From Terriglobia bacterium (GTDB lineage Bacteria; Acidobacteriota; Terriglobia; JAJPHL01; JAPKYU01), in contig CBDCVK010000002.1 in the NCBI GenBank assembly GCA_965223005.1, positions 384,001-448,000 on the forward strand: a DNA stretch of 64,000 bases, given 5' to 3'. The notes under the pieces were generated by a model. That model was not told the DNA's origin, made no database searches, and saw only the letters and a program-made list of their open reading frames with translations. The translations under genes were made by a program, and so were the position numbers. Positions 1-10,141 of this stretch are shown here, piece by piece (position 1 is the first letter of the stretch; each line of letters starts with the position of its first letter).

Positions 1-1524
1 GAGAAAGGGCGCGAGGTGGGCGCGCACCTGCTCTCCGGCGCAATCCTCGATCTGCGCTCCCTCCGCGAGCTGCTCCCCGGCTTTGAGGCCAAGGCGCCGT
101 TCGATTGCCCGGTGGCAAACGATGCGGTTTATTTTTTCACCCAGCGCAGCCATTTCAAGTTTCCCATCACGCCCCCTTTCCTCCACAACACGGGCAACTA
201 CGTCGTATCACTGAATCGCCTGGGCAAATGGATGGGACAAGAGGTGGAAGAGGCCGGGATCACCATTTTTACCGACACGGCAGGCGTGCAAGTGCTTTAT
301 GACGAGAAAGGCGCCGTCGCCGGCGTGCGGACCGGAGACAAAGGAGTGGACCGGCAGGGCCGCCCTAAAGAAAACCACCAGCCCGGAAGCGATCTCCACG
401 CTCGTGTGACCGTCATTGCTGAAGGCCCGCGCGGCTCCCTGGCCAAGCAACTTTTCCTGGAAAAGGAACTGGAGAAGGGCATCAACCCCATGACCTACGG
501 CTTGGGCTTGAAGGAGTTGTGGGAAGTACCCGCTGGGCGCCTGGCGCCGGGTACCGTCATCCACACGCTGGGCTGGCCCTTGAGCCAGGACCAGTACGGC
601 GGCGGATTTCTCTACGGGATGCGCAACAACCTGGTGTCACTTGGGCTGGTGGTCGGACTGGATTACCGCAACCCGCTGGTCGATCCCCACACCGCGTTCC
701 AGCACTGGAAGACCCACCCGTTCCTGCGTGCGCTGCTGAAAGGCGGCCGCCTGATGAAATACGGCGCCAAGACAATTCCCGAGGGTGGCTACTTCTCCAT
801 GCCGCGACTGGTGACCGACGGCGCGGTGATCCTTGGCGACTCAGCCGGCTTGCTCAATGCGCAACGGCTCAAGGGCATCCACCTGGCTATCAAGAGCGGG
901 ACGCTGGCCGCCGATGCCATCTTCGACTCCTTCGCCGCGCGAGATTTTTCCCAACAACGGCTCTCTGCCTACGAAAGGAACTTCAAGGAAAGCTGGGCCG
1001 GGCAGGAACTGTGGAAGGTGCGCAACTTTCACCAGGCTTATGAGAAGGGCCTTCTGCGGGGCATGCTGCACACTGGATTGCAGATGCTAACCGGGGGCCG
1101 CGGCCTTTGGTCCCGTTACTCAGCCGAGGCGGGCCACCGGCGGCTGAAAAAACTGCCACAGTTGCGGCCTGAACGCCCGCGCCCACAACCGCTGGCGCTA
1201 GCTCCAGACGGGCACCTGACGTTCGATAAGCTCACCGACGTCTTCCACTCGGCGACCAAGCACGAAGAAGATCAGCCGGCGCATCTGATCATTCACGATA
1301 CCAACATTTGCAACGACCGCTGCACCAGGGAATTCGGTAATCCCTGCCAGTACTTCTGCCCGGCCGCGGTCTATGAAATGGTTGAGAAGGACGGCCGGAA
1401 GCAGATTCACCTGAATCCCTCCAACTGCGTCCACTGCAAGACCTGCGATATCATGGACCCCTACGAGATCATTACCTGGGTGCCGCCGGAAGGCGGCGGC
1501 GGTCCGAACTACGAAAACCTGTAG
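1..1524 (+). CDS. Electron transfer flavoprotein:ubiquinone oxidoreductase (5' end runs off window)
   Basis: EKGREVGAHLLSGA start, GLGLKELW, GDSAG..N..RLKGIH, C-terminal 4Fe-4S motif CPAAVYE...NCVHCKTCDI. Confidence 0.93.
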   Translation, partial: EKGREVGAHLLSGAILDLRSLRELLPGFEAKAPFDCPVANDAVYFFTQRSHFKFPITPPFLHNTGNYVVSLNRLGKWMGQEVEEAGITIFTDTAGVQVLYDEKGAVAGVRTGDKGVDRQGRPKENHQPGSDLHARVTVIAEGPRGSLAKQLFLEKELEKGINPMTYGLGLKELWEVPAGRLAPGTVIHTLGWPLSQDQYGGGFLYGMRNNLVSLGLVVGLDYRNPLVDPHTAFQHWKTHPFLRALLKGGRLMKYGAKTIPEGGYFSMPRLVTDGAVILGDSAGLLNAQRLKGIHLAIKSGTLAADAIFDSFAARDFSQQRLSAYERNFKESWAGQELWKVRNFHQAYEKGLLRGMLHTGLQMLTGGRGLWSRYSAEAGHRRLKKLPQLRPERPRPQPLALAPDGHLTFDKLTDVFHSATKHEEDQPAHLIIHDTNICNDRCTREFGNPCQYFCPAAVYEMVEKDGRKQIHLNPSNCVHCKTCDIMDPYEIITWVPPEGGGGPNYENL

Positions 1525-1564
1525 GAAATCCGGCGCATTCCCTCGGTGCAAAGCCGGTGAAGGA

Positions 1565-2530
1565 TCACTCGCGCACGAATTTCTGAACCCGCCAGTTCAG
1601 GATTTCCGACACGTAGATTTCCCCATTCTTGCCGATCGCAATATGATGGACGTAGCTGAACTGCCCTGGGCTTCGGCCCGGCGCGCCGAGCGTGCCCAGG
1701 ATCTTGCCTTCCAGGTCCAGTTTCAACACCCGGTTGGCATAGCCGTCGCTCATGTAGATGTGCTGTTCCGGCGTAATCTCCAGGCCCCAGGGCGCGCCCA
1801 CATGCGTCCATTGGCGCAGGAACTTGCCGTCAGCGTCGAAAATCTGGATGCGTTTATTCTCGCGGTCGGCGATGTAGACCAGGCCCTTGGCGTCCACGGC
1901 GACCGAGTGCGGCGTGTCGAACTCCCCGGGACCGGTGCCCTTCTTTCCCCATGTCTTCAACAGGCGGCCGTCGGGAGAGAACTTCACCACGCGCGAGTTG
2001 CCGTAGCCATCGGTGACATAAATGTCGCCGTTGGGAGCGAAGGCGATATCGGTCGGCCGGTCGAAGAACTCGTTGTCGCTCTTCCCCAGGCCCTTTTTCC
2101 CCAGCACCATCTCCACCCGTCCGGACCGATTGAACTTGAGCACCATGTGACCTTCGACATCCACCGCCCAGATATTGCCCTGCGGGTCTACCTCCACGCC
2201 GTGAGCGGCAACAAACAGCCCTGCGCCGATTTCGCGCACCAATTCCCCGCTGGGTTCGAATTCCAGCAGCGGATGCGGGCCGCGATGGAAGACGTAGATG
2301 TGGCCGCGGGCATCGGTGGCCACGCCCCCGGTTTCTCCCAAGTTCCAGCCGGGCGGCAGCCGGAGCCAGTCCGGCACGAGGCGATAGGGCAGCTCGGGTA
2401 GCTCCGAGGACGCCGGTCCCCCGGCAGCACCTGCCGGCTTGGCTGGTTCATGAGCGGTCAGGCAGGCGGCAAAGGCCAGCAGCAAAATCATCGTACGTCC
2501 CATCGCATGCAAAGATAGGGGCATTCCCAC
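1565..2530 (-). CDS. Secreted NHL-repeat beta-propeller, peptidyl-alpha-hydroxyglycine alpha-amidating lyase (PAL)-like
   Basis: Signal-like N-terminus; NHL repeats; DGYGNSR, PHS and ADRENKRIQ motifs. Confidence 0.85.
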   Translation of the reverse strand: MGMPLSLHAMGRTMILLLAFAACLTAHEPAKPAGAAGGPASSELPELPYRLVPDWLRLPPGWNLGETGGVATDARGHIYVFHRGPHPLLEFEPSGELVREIGAGLFVAAHGVEVDPQGNIWAVDVEGHMVLKFNRSGRVEMVLGKKGLGKSDNEFFDRPTDIAFAPNGDIYVTDGYGNSRVVKFSPDGRLLKTWGKKGTGPGEFDTPHSVAVDAKGLVYIADRENKRIQIFDADGKFLRQWTHVGAPWGLEITPEQHIYMSDGYANRVLKLDLEGKILGTLGAPGRSPGQFSYVHHIAIGKNGEIYVSEILNWRVQKFVRE

Positions 2531-2657
2531 GTTCCTCCTCTGGGCGCAGCATACTCGCCGAACGGGGTCCCGTCAATACGCGGGCTCTGGTCACCCATTT
2601 CAGGCTCCGCGAGTCCAGGCTGGCAAGCGAGATTCATCCGTGATTTGATAAGGGGTC

Positions 2658-3539
2658 ATGCGGCTCGACGGGATTTTTCCTCCGATTTGTACGCCGTTTC
2701 TGTTGAATGGGGAATTTTCACCCGTGCATCTGCGGGCTAATATCGAGAAATGGAACAAGACGGGTGTGTCCGGCTACGTGCCGACCGGCTCCACAGGCGA
2801 GTCGGTCTTCTTGACCCGGGAGGAGACCTTGAAGGTTTGGGAGGCAGCGCGCGAAGCTGCCGGTCCGGGCAAGCTGCTCATCGCCGGCACGGGCGCCGAG
2901 TCGGTGCAAGAAACCATCGAGCTGACCAAGCTGGCGACTGAGCGTGGCTGTGACGCGGCCCTGGTGCGCACGCCCCATTATTTCAAGGCCCAGATGAACC
3001 GGCCCGAAACACAGCTGACCTACTTCCGCATGGTGGCCGATGCCGCCAAAATCCCCATTTTCCTTTACAACTTCCCGCAGGCTACCGGGCTGGACCTTCC
3101 CGTCGAAGTGGTCCTGCAGCTCTCCCAACATCCCAATATCCCGGGCATCAAGGAGAGCTCGGGCAACGTGGAGAAAGTGGCCCGCATGGTGGACCAAACG
3201 TCGCAGGGGTTTCAGGTGTTGGTGGGCTCAGCGGCGACGCTCTACCGCAGTCTCTGCGCGGGCGCCGCGGGTGGCATCCTGGCTTTGGCGAACGCGGCTC
3301 CCTGCGCGTCCCTGGGCATCTACGAGGCCTGGAAAGCGCGCGATTCCGAGACGGCGCACGAGCGCCAGCAGATGATCAGCGGAGTTGCAGCAGCGATTGC
3401 CAAGTTTGGCATTCCCGGGTTGAAGTACGCCATGGACCTGAACGGCTACTATGGCGGCCCTTGTCGCCTCCCGCTGCTTCCTCTAAGTCCCGCCGAAAAG
3501 GCAGAGGTCGAGGAGGCGTTCCGCAAGGTTCGCGCGTAA
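2658..3539 (+). CDS. DHDPS/NAL family aldolase, probably 4-hydroxy-2-oxoglutarate aldolase-like
   Basis: GIFPPICTPF, GSTGE, LYNFP, Schiff-base GIKESSG. Confidence 0.85.
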   Translation: MRLDGIFPPICTPFLLNGEFSPVHLRANIEKWNKTGVSGYVPTGSTGESVFLTREETLKVWEAAREAAGPGKLLIAGTGAESVQETIELTKLATERGCDAALVRTPHYFKAQMNRPETQLTYFRMVADAAKIPIFLYNFPQATGLDLPVEVVLQLSQHPNIPGIKESSGNVEKVARMVDQTSQGFQVLVGSAATLYRSLCAGAAGGILALANAAPCASLGIYEAWKARDSETAHERQQMISGVAAAIAKFGIPGLKYAMDLNGYYGGPCRLPLLPLSPAEKAEVEEAFRKVRA

Positions 3540-3677
3540 GCAAGGTCGGCCCCAGATATCGCCGATATATAGAGATACGGATCGCTTGACTGTTGGCCGA
3601 ACCCCGTTAGTATATTCTTGTCTCCGAAAGGGCCCCTTATCCTTGGCAGGAGGCAAACGGAGGGCCATAGAGTAAAC

Positions 3678-4622
3678 ATGTTTCGGGCCGATCTGCACGT
3701 CCATTCCTATTTCTCGGGCACCGCCGGGCACCTGCGCATCCTCCGCTGTCGCGATTCCTATTCCTCGCCGCTGGCCGTTTACCGCACGGCCAAGAAGCGG
3801 GGCATGGACCTGGTGACCATCACCGACCATGATTCCATTGACGGCTGCCTGGAACTGCTGAACCGCCACCCGGTGGAGGACTTTCTGATCGGCGAGGAGG
3901 TCACGACTTACGTGCCCGAGTTCGGGCACCGGATCCACATTGGCGTGTACGGCATCACGGAAAGCCAGCACCGCGACATCCAGAAGTTGCGCGGCGACGT
4001 TCGGGAGCTGGTGGGATATCTGCGCGCGCAGAAGGTGCTGTTTGCCTTGAACCATTTCTTTCACGACTTCCATCAGACCGAGCACCTGCAGAAGTACATG
4101 GCGCGGATGGCGGAGCTGTTCGATGTGTTCGAAGAGCAGAATGGCTCGATGCAACGGGTCCACAACCTGTTTGTCTCGCAACTGCTCCAGCACTTGGAGC
4201 GGCAAGGCAAGCGGCTGTCCCGTGTTGGCGGCAGCGATTCCCATACGCTGCGCCGCATCGGCCGCACCTACACGGTGGCTCAGGCAGCGCGCACCAAAGA
4301 GGAGTTCCTGGCCGCTATCCGCGACGGCCGCACCTATGTGACCGGCTCGCACTGCAACCAGTGGCAGTTGGCCGGTGACATTTATGGCGTGGTCCTGCGC
4401 TACTACCCCTACATCGTGGACGTGCGCTCGGGCGAATTCTCCCTGCTGAAGCGCCTGCGCAATCTGGGCATCAGCATTGGACTGCTGCCCTTCATGGTGA
4501 TCCCCTATCTGGCCGCGGCCCGGCACAGCCGCTCGGAAAGCCAGCGGGTGCGCCGCTTTGCCGAGCAATTCTTCCGCGAGATGGCGCCGGTAGCCGAGGA
4601 GCAAGGCGGCCAGCCGGTCTAG
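3678..4622 (+). CDS. PHP-domain metallophosphoesterase with C-terminal hydrophobic segment
   Basis: ADLHVHS, ITDHD, GEEVT, NH, GGSDSH; ATG at 3678. Confidence 0.85.
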   Translation: MFRADLHVHSYFSGTAGHLRILRCRDSYSSPLAVYRTAKKRGMDLVTITDHDSIDGCLELLNRHPVEDFLIGEEVTTYVPEFGHRIHIGVYGITESQHRDIQKLRGDVRELVGYLRAQKVLFALNHFFHDFHQTEHLQKYMARMAELFDVFEEQNGSMQRVHNLFVSQLLQHLERQGKRLSRVGGSDSHTLRRIGRTYTVAQAARTKEEFLAAIRDGRTYVTGSHCNQWQLAGDIYGVVLRYYPYIVDVRSGEFSLLKRLRNLGISIGLLPFMVIPYLAAARHSRSESQRVRRFAEQFFREMAPVAEEQGGQPV

Positions 4623-4668
4623 CGCCAGCTCGCAGTGCCTCTCAGAGAAGGCTGCAACCAAACTCCGC

Positions 4669-5460
4669 ATGAAACTTGGACTGTCGCTCGAAATGATTTT
4701 TACGGGGGAGCCGTACCTCCAGCGGATAGCCCGGGCCGCCAGGCTGGGCGTCCAGGGCGTGGAGTTCTGGACCGCCGAGGGGAAGAACTTCGACGAATTC
4801 AAAGCGGCCGCCAGCGCGGGGGGTCTGGAGATTGCGGCTTTCAGCGCGAGCCGCCTGGCTTCCTTGGTAAAGGAAGGCGACCGGGAAGCGCTGTTGGCCG
4901 AGATCGGCGATTCACTGGAGACCGCAAAGCGCCTGGGGTGCCCTGGACTGCTGTTGGTGAGCGAGGCAATGCATCCGGACGGTAGCTCGACTGTGGATGA
5001 GCGAATTCCCGCTGCCGTCCGGAAGACCAGCATGGTCGCTGGCTTGAAAGCGCTGGCCCCGATGGCGGAACGGGCCGGATGTGAGCTGTGGCTGGAGCCC
5101 CTCAACACCCACCGCGATCACCTCCACTTTTCCCTCTCAAGTACTGAGACGGCCCTGGAAATCCTGGAGGAAGTGGGCCATCCTTCCATCCGCCTGCTGC
5201 TGGACTCCTACCACATGGCGCTGATGGACGAAGATGTCTGCGCCATGCTGCGACGTTCCTTTCCATTCCTCGGCCACGTCCACGTCGCCGGCACAACGGA
5301 GCGCGGCGAACTCGACCGCAGCGAGCTCGACTACCGCCTCGTGGCCGAGACACTCCACTCCCTCGACTACCGTGGCTATGTGGGCTTGGAGTTTGCGCCG
5401 CGCGGTCCGGAGGAAGACGCCGTACGCCACGCCGTCGAGATCTTTACGCGCGGCGGCTGA
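4669..5460 (+). CDS. Hydroxypyruvate isomerase / sugar phosphate isomerase-epimerase TIM barrel
   Basis: GVEFW, LEPLN, LLDSYH, GHVHVA, R.E, GYVGLEF. Confidence 0.8.
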   Translation: MKLGLSLEMIFTGEPYLQRIARAARLGVQGVEFWTAEGKNFDEFKAAASAGGLEIAAFSASRLASLVKEGDREALLAEIGDSLETAKRLGCPGLLLVSEAMHPDGSSTVDERIPAAVRKTSMVAGLKALAPMAERAGCELWLEPLNTHRDHLHFSLSSTETALEILEEVGHPSIRLLLDSYHMALMDEDVCAMLRRSFPFLGHVHVAGTTERGELDRSELDYRLVAETLHSLDYRGYVGLEFAPRGPEEDAVRHAVEIFTRGG

Positions 5461-5695
5461 CGCCATGCATGGCTCGTTGGAAAACGTAGGGGAAACGCGG
5501 GGTAATGGGTCAGTTTCCGAGAAGCCGACTATACGGCCAAGTGACCGCTGACGCTAGACGCGGAGCGGCAAAGCGCTGCGATAGTTTCTGAGTTGGCGAC
5601 TACCCAGGAATAGACAACAGATCGGTGTTAAATTAAGAGTTCGGTGCACTGTTGCTGTGATCAGCTTCCCTGGGAGGGAAGGATTGGAAGGCGAT

Positions 5696-6769
5696 ATGAA
5701 AGCCAGACGCTTCCGAACTTCTGAGAGCCTTAAGTCTGAGCGTGTCACGCGTAACATGCTTCCAAAATCCCTGAACCGCTGGGGCTTCGGGGTCGTGAGC
5801 GACGATCGCAGCCGCAATGGGCAGACTATCGTCGCGACAACTCCAGGAGGCGACCAGCTGACGATGCGAGTCCGCCTGTGCTGGCGTCGCCAGAGCGGAA
5901 GTCGGGACTCAAGCCGCGTGAGGACGTACTCGGCTGCGCAGTTGTTGGCCAAGATCAAGAATAATGATTGGGTCGGAACACTGCGCGAGAAGGTTAACCG
6001 GGAGCGAGCTCGGGGCGTAACGCACTTTCTTCTTATCCAGAACGATGACAAACGCATTAGATATGCAGCATTGGTGCCGCTCTCGGGGCTTCTCCCTATT
6101 TGGATCGCCCAACGAGACATCAGCGCACGGCTGATCCGTCAGGGTCGACTCGGCCGCAGAAGAAAAAACCATGCGATGAATGGATCGAGCCCCACGTTAT
6201 GGTTGCAGGACGACCGTGCTCCGGAGGTGGCACGGGCGCTTTGGAACCACCGTGGTGTCCTGGATCTCGCGAAAGGAGAACCGCAGCCTGCAGTGTCGGT
6301 TAGTCTGCCCGACGAAGAAGCAAGTCGGGTCGGATCGGACGATGACGCCAACTACAGTCCCCAAGAGGGTGACTGGCGACAGCTAGTCGAGCGACAAATC
6401 CGCGAACGCCGGGGGCAGCAGCATTTTCGCGATGCCTTACGTAAGCGGCACGGGGACCGGTGCCTAGTGACTGGATGCACGATCCTGGCGGTACTGGAGG
6501 CGGCGCACATCAAGCCATACCAAGGCGAAAACGACAATCATCCTGAAAACGGGCTGCTGCTGCGGTCTGACATTCATACGCTGTTCGACCTGAACTTGCT
6601 TGGGATTGGACCGGATCGGTTGCAGGTGGAGTTGCATCCAGGTCTCGCCAAGGAGTATGGAAACCTCGCCGGGACAACGCTCGGTTGTGCGCTGGGCCAC
6701 CGACCTTCGCAACAGGCATTAAAGCAGCGGTACAGGCAGTTTCAGCAGACGCTTCATTGGCCAGCATGA
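5696..6769 (+). CDS. HNH endonuclease with uncharacterised N-terminal domain
   Basis: RRGQQHFR..L, CLVTG, LEAAHIKPY, NGLLLRSDIHTLFD (HNH_2 type). Confidence 0.88.
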   Translation: MKARRFRTSESLKSERVTRNMLPKSLNRWGFGVVSDDRSRNGQTIVATTPGGDQLTMRVRLCWRRQSGSRDSSRVRTYSAAQLLAKIKNNDWVGTLREKVNRERARGVTHFLLIQNDDKRIRYAALVPLSGLLPIWIAQRDISARLIRQGRLGRRRKNHAMNGSSPTLWLQDDRAPEVARALWNHRGVLDLAKGEPQPAVSVSLPDEEASRVGSDDDANYSPQEGDWRQLVERQIRERRGQQHFRDALRKRHGDRCLVTGCTILAVLEAAHIKPYQGENDNHPENGLLLRSDIHTLFDLNLLGIGPDRLQVELHPGLAKEYGNLAGTTLGCALGHRPSQQALKQRYRQFQQTLHWPA

Positions 6770-6871
6770 ACGGTGCGACGGCTCAGTGATCGTATTAACG
6801 GAAACTGACCCACTACCAACGGGGACGAGTCGTGGCGCCACCCGTTCCCGCGTGGTATCATCAGTAGTTGT

Positions 6872-6976
<105 letters not shown>

Positions 6977-7118
6977 CACTTTCGCCCGGTGACATTCCAC
7001 TTCAGATTGGCCGGTGATCTGGGTTCAGGCTACTGCCTGCATCTGTCTCTTCAAATCGTATCTTATTGCCGCTCCAGTCCGTCCATAGGCCTGGACGCCA
7101 TAAGCGTGGAGGGAAAGC

Positions 7119-7460
7119 ATGAAACCTGACAGGGCAGTGGCGGGAATTCTTTTGCTGACGAGCCTGGTGCTGTGCGGATGCTCGCAGAAGGTCAAGATCG
7201 AGGACATCCTGGCGGACCCGTCTCGCTGGGCCAAGAAAACGATTCGCATTGAGGGGACGGTCCAGAACAGTGTCGGAGCCATTGGCCGCGGCGCCTACGA
7301 GGTCTCCGATGATACGGGCACCATCTGGGTGATCAGCAGTAGCGGCGTCCCGTCGCGGGGCGCGCGGGTGGCCGTGGAAGGCAAGGTGTTCCAGGGGGCG
7401 CAATTTCTGGGACAGTCTTACGGAGTGGCCTTGCGTGAAAAACGACACCGCTCCTTTTAG
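7119..7460 (+). CDS. Small putative lipoprotein, OB-fold-like
   Basis: Lipobox LVLCGC; IEGTV...YEVSDDTGTIWV...G.RV.VEG pattern; GGAG RBS. Confidence 0.7.
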   Translation: MKPDRAVAGILLLTSLVLCGCSQKVKIEDILADPSRWAKKTIRIEGTVQNSVGAIGRGAYEVSDDTGTIWVISSSGVPSRGARVAVEGKVFQGAQFLGQSYGVALREKRHRSF

Positions 7461-7505
7461 GAGCCAGGGCGCAATCGCAGCTGCTGGGGAAACGCTCAAC
7501 CAAGC

Positions 7506-9200
7506 ATGTACACCGTCATAGCGCGGAAGTACCGCCCGCAGACCTTCGCCGAAGTCGTCGATCAGGAGCACATCAAGCAGACTCTGCGCAACGCCATCGC
7601 GCAGAATCGCATTGCTCACGGCTATATCTTCTCCGGCCAGCGCGGGACCGGGAAGACAACGGTGGCGAGGCTGCTGGCCAAGGCGCTCAACTGCGCGAAG
7701 GGGCCGGCGCCGGAGCCGTGCGGGGAATGCCCCTCCTGCCTGGAAATCGCGGCTGGCAACTCGGTGGACGTCATCGAAATTGACGCCGCCTCCAATCGCG
7801 GGATTGATGAGATCCGGGCGCTGCGCGAGAACGTGCGCTACGCGCCGGCGCGGGACCGGTACAAGGTCTACATCGTGGACGAAGCGCACCAGATCACCCG
7901 CGACGCCTGGAACGCACTGCTGAAAACTTTGGAAGAGCCGCCAAGCAACGTCCTGTTCGTCTTCTGCACCACCGCGGCTCATGCCATTCCGCCGACGATC
8001 GTCTCCCGCTGCCAGTCGTTCCGCTTTCACAACCTGGGCTTCGCCGAGACAATGGCCGAGTTGCAGCGGATTTCCCGCAACGAAGGCATCCAAGCCAGCG
8101 AGGAGGTACTGGCCGTACTGACCAGTTCAGCCGAAGGTAGCCTGCGCGATGCGCTGTCCGCGCTGGACCAGGCCATTGCCTGCTGCGGCCGTGAGCTGGA
8201 CGGGAAGGCGGTGCGCGAGTTGCTGGGCGTCGTCGAGGCCGGGGTGCTGGACGAAGCAGTGGGCGCGGTCCGAGAGGCCTCCAGCGAGCGGATGCTGGAG
8301 CTGGCGGACCGCCTGGTCCGCCAGGGCCACGACCTGCGCAACTTTTGCCGCGCGCTGGTCCGCTATTTGCGGAACCTGCTGGTATTGAAAACCACGGGTG
8401 CCCGCAGCGGATTGGTGGAAGCGCCGCAGCAGGAATGTGAGCGGCTGGCCGGGTTGGCCGAAAACTTCACCGAAGAGGACTTGACACGGCTGCTGCAACT
8501 GAGCCTGGACCTGTATGCCGACGTACAGCGCTCCGCCACCCCGCGCTTCCACACCGAGTTGGGCCTGCTGAAGCTGGTGCACGCCCGCCGTCTGGTCCCA
8601 CTGGAAGAGCTGTTAACTCGGATGGAGGGTGAGCCGGGTCCGCCGCGAAGCGCTCCGCCGGGAGGTGCGCCCCCGAGCGGGCGGGGACGCGCCCCGTCGC
8701 CATTTGAAGCCGACCTGTCTCGCAAGCGCGCCAGCCCGGCCGAGTCCGACCCGCCGGCCACCGCGCCGGCACAAGTTTCCCCTGGCCCACTCGAGCCGAT
8801 TCCGAGCCGCCTGCTGGCGCGTCTGGAGCAGCTCTCCAAGAAGATGCTGGCGGTCAATCTGGAGCAGGCCAGCAGTTGGCGGGTCAGCGAGCAAGAGGTG
8901 CTGGCTTGCTTCCCTCGCGAAAACGGAGCCCGCCACGTCATCAGCCGGCAGGACGAGATGCTGGTGCGCCAACTCTGCAGCGAGCTGCTGGGCCGGCCGG
9001 TGACCTTTCGAGCGGCGCTGGAGGACGAGGTGCCGTCGCCCGCCCACAGTGGAACCGCCCGCGACGACGTCGAAAGCGAGAAACTCTCGGTCGCCTCCAT
9101 CCCCTCCGAGCGCATCCGAGAGGATCCCCAGGTGGCCGAGTTCATTCGCTTGTTCGCAGCCGATATCTTGCGAGTCGAAGAGTTCAAGACGCCAGAATAA
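7506..9200 (+). CDS. dnaX: DNA polymerase III subunit gamma/tau
   Basis: ARKYRPQTF, GQRGTGKTT, Zn cysteines, EIDAAS, DEAH, SRC. Confidence 0.97.
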   Translation: MYTVIARKYRPQTFAEVVDQEHIKQTLRNAIAQNRIAHGYIFSGQRGTGKTTVARLLAKALNCAKGPAPEPCGECPSCLEIAAGNSVDVIEIDAASNRGIDEIRALRENVRYAPARDRYKVYIVDEAHQITRDAWNALLKTLEEPPSNVLFVFCTTAAHAIPPTIVSRCQSFRFHNLGFAETMAELQRISRNEGIQASEEVLAVLTSSAEGSLRDALSALDQAIACCGRELDGKAVRELLGVVEAGVLDEAVGAVREASSERMLELADRLVRQGHDLRNFCRALVRYLRNLLVLKTTGARSGLVEAPQQECERLAGLAENFTEEDLTRLLQLSLDLYADVQRSATPRFHTELGLLKLVHARRLVPLEELLTRMEGEPGPPRSAPPGGAPPSGRGRAPSPFEADLSRKRASPAESDPPATAPAQVSPGPLEPIPSRLLARLEQLSKKMLAVNLEQASSWRVSEQEVLACFPRENGARHVISRQDEMLVRQLCSELLGRPVTFRAALEDEVPSPAHSGTARDDVESEKLSVASIPSERIREDPQVAEFIRLFAADILRVEEFKTPE

Positions 9201-9209
9201 GGAGCCTCC

Positions 9210-9512
9210 ATGCCCAACCTGCAGCAGATGATGGGTCAGGTCCGCAAAATTCAGGAACAGATGCAAAAACAGCTCGAGGAGCTGCGGGTGGAGACAAGCT
9301 CCGGAGGCGGCATGGTGCAAGTGAAGATGAATGGCCACAAGCACCTGCTGGAGCTGAAAATTGATCCCGAAGCCGTGAAAGATGCCGATGTAGAGATGCT
9401 ACAGGACCTGATCCTGGCCGCCGTCAACGAGTGCACGCGCAAGGTGGACGCGGAACTGCAATCCAAGATGGGCGCGCTGACGGGCGGTCTGGGGCTTCCA
9501 GGGATGTTCTGA
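9210..9512 (+). CDS. ybaB: YbaB/EbfC nucleoid-associated protein
   Basis: [21 protein letters not shown]; dnaX-ybaB-recR synteny. Confidence 0.95.
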   Translation: MPNLQQMMGQVRKIQEQMQKQLEELRVETSSGGGMVQVKMNGHKHLLELKIDPEAVKDADVEMLQDLILAAVNECTRKVDAELQSKMGALTGGLGLPGMF

Positions 9513-10114
9513 TGCCCGACTACGCTGAACCCATCGTTCGGCTGATCCAGCAGCTGAAGCGCCTGCCCGGGGTCGGACAGAAGTCGGCCGAGCGCATGGC
9601 CTTCCACCTTTTGCATTCCTGGTCCAAGGGAGAGGCGCAGGTGCTGGCCGACGCCCTGCTGGACGTCAAGGAGAAGGTGGGGTATTGCTCAATCTGTAAC
9701 AACATTACCGATGTGGACCCGTGTAGCTATTGCTCCAACCCGAGCCGCGACCGCCGCCTGATGTGCGTGGTCCAGCAGCCCAGCAACATTGTGGCCGTGG
9801 AGAAGACCCGAGAGTACAACGGCTACTACCACGTATTGTTGGGAGCGCTTTCGCCGCTATCCGGCGTAGGCCCGGATCAGTTACGGATAAAGGGTTTGAT
9901 AGAGAGGCTAAAAGCGGGTAAGATTCATGAGGTCATCGTCGCGACCAACCCCAACGTCGAGGGCGAAGCAACTGCGGTGTATCTTTCCAAGCTGTTGAAG
10001 CCCCTGGGGGTGAAGGTCACCCGGATTGCCATGGGCGTTCCGGTGGGCAGCGACCTTGAGTACGCCGACGAAGTCACCATGTCGAAGGCGCTCGAGGGGC
10101 GGCGGGAACTGTAA
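9512..10114 (+). CDS. recR: Recombination mediator RecR
   Basis: [14 protein letters not shown]4 zinc finger, Toprim [12 protein letters not shown]; TGATG overlap with ybaB. Confidence 0.97.
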   Translation: MPDYAEPIVRLIQQLKRLPGVGQKSAERMAFHLLHSWSKGEAQVLADALLDVKEKVGYCSICNNITDVDPCSYCSNPSRDRRLMCVVQQPSNIVAVEKTREYNGYYHVLLGALSPLSGVGPDQLRIKGLIERLKAGKIHEVIVATNPNVEGEATAVYLSKLLKPLGVKVTRIAMGVPVGSDLEYADEVTMSKALEGRREL

Positions 10115-10141
10115 CCCGAGCCAGGGCTCCAAAGGGGGTGT

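Noticed and set aside
3483-5108. 541-aa minus-strand ORF, and similar long antisense ORFs (7002-8093, 11359-12969, 18341-19648, 26906-28186, 50245-51282)
   Set aside because: Shadow ORFs opposite well-supported genes in high-GC DNA; no recognisable motifs
8620-8800. Possible programmed frameshift producing DnaX gamma
   Set aside because: No A-AAA-AAG or long A-run slippery site seen; just a Pro/Ala-rich linker
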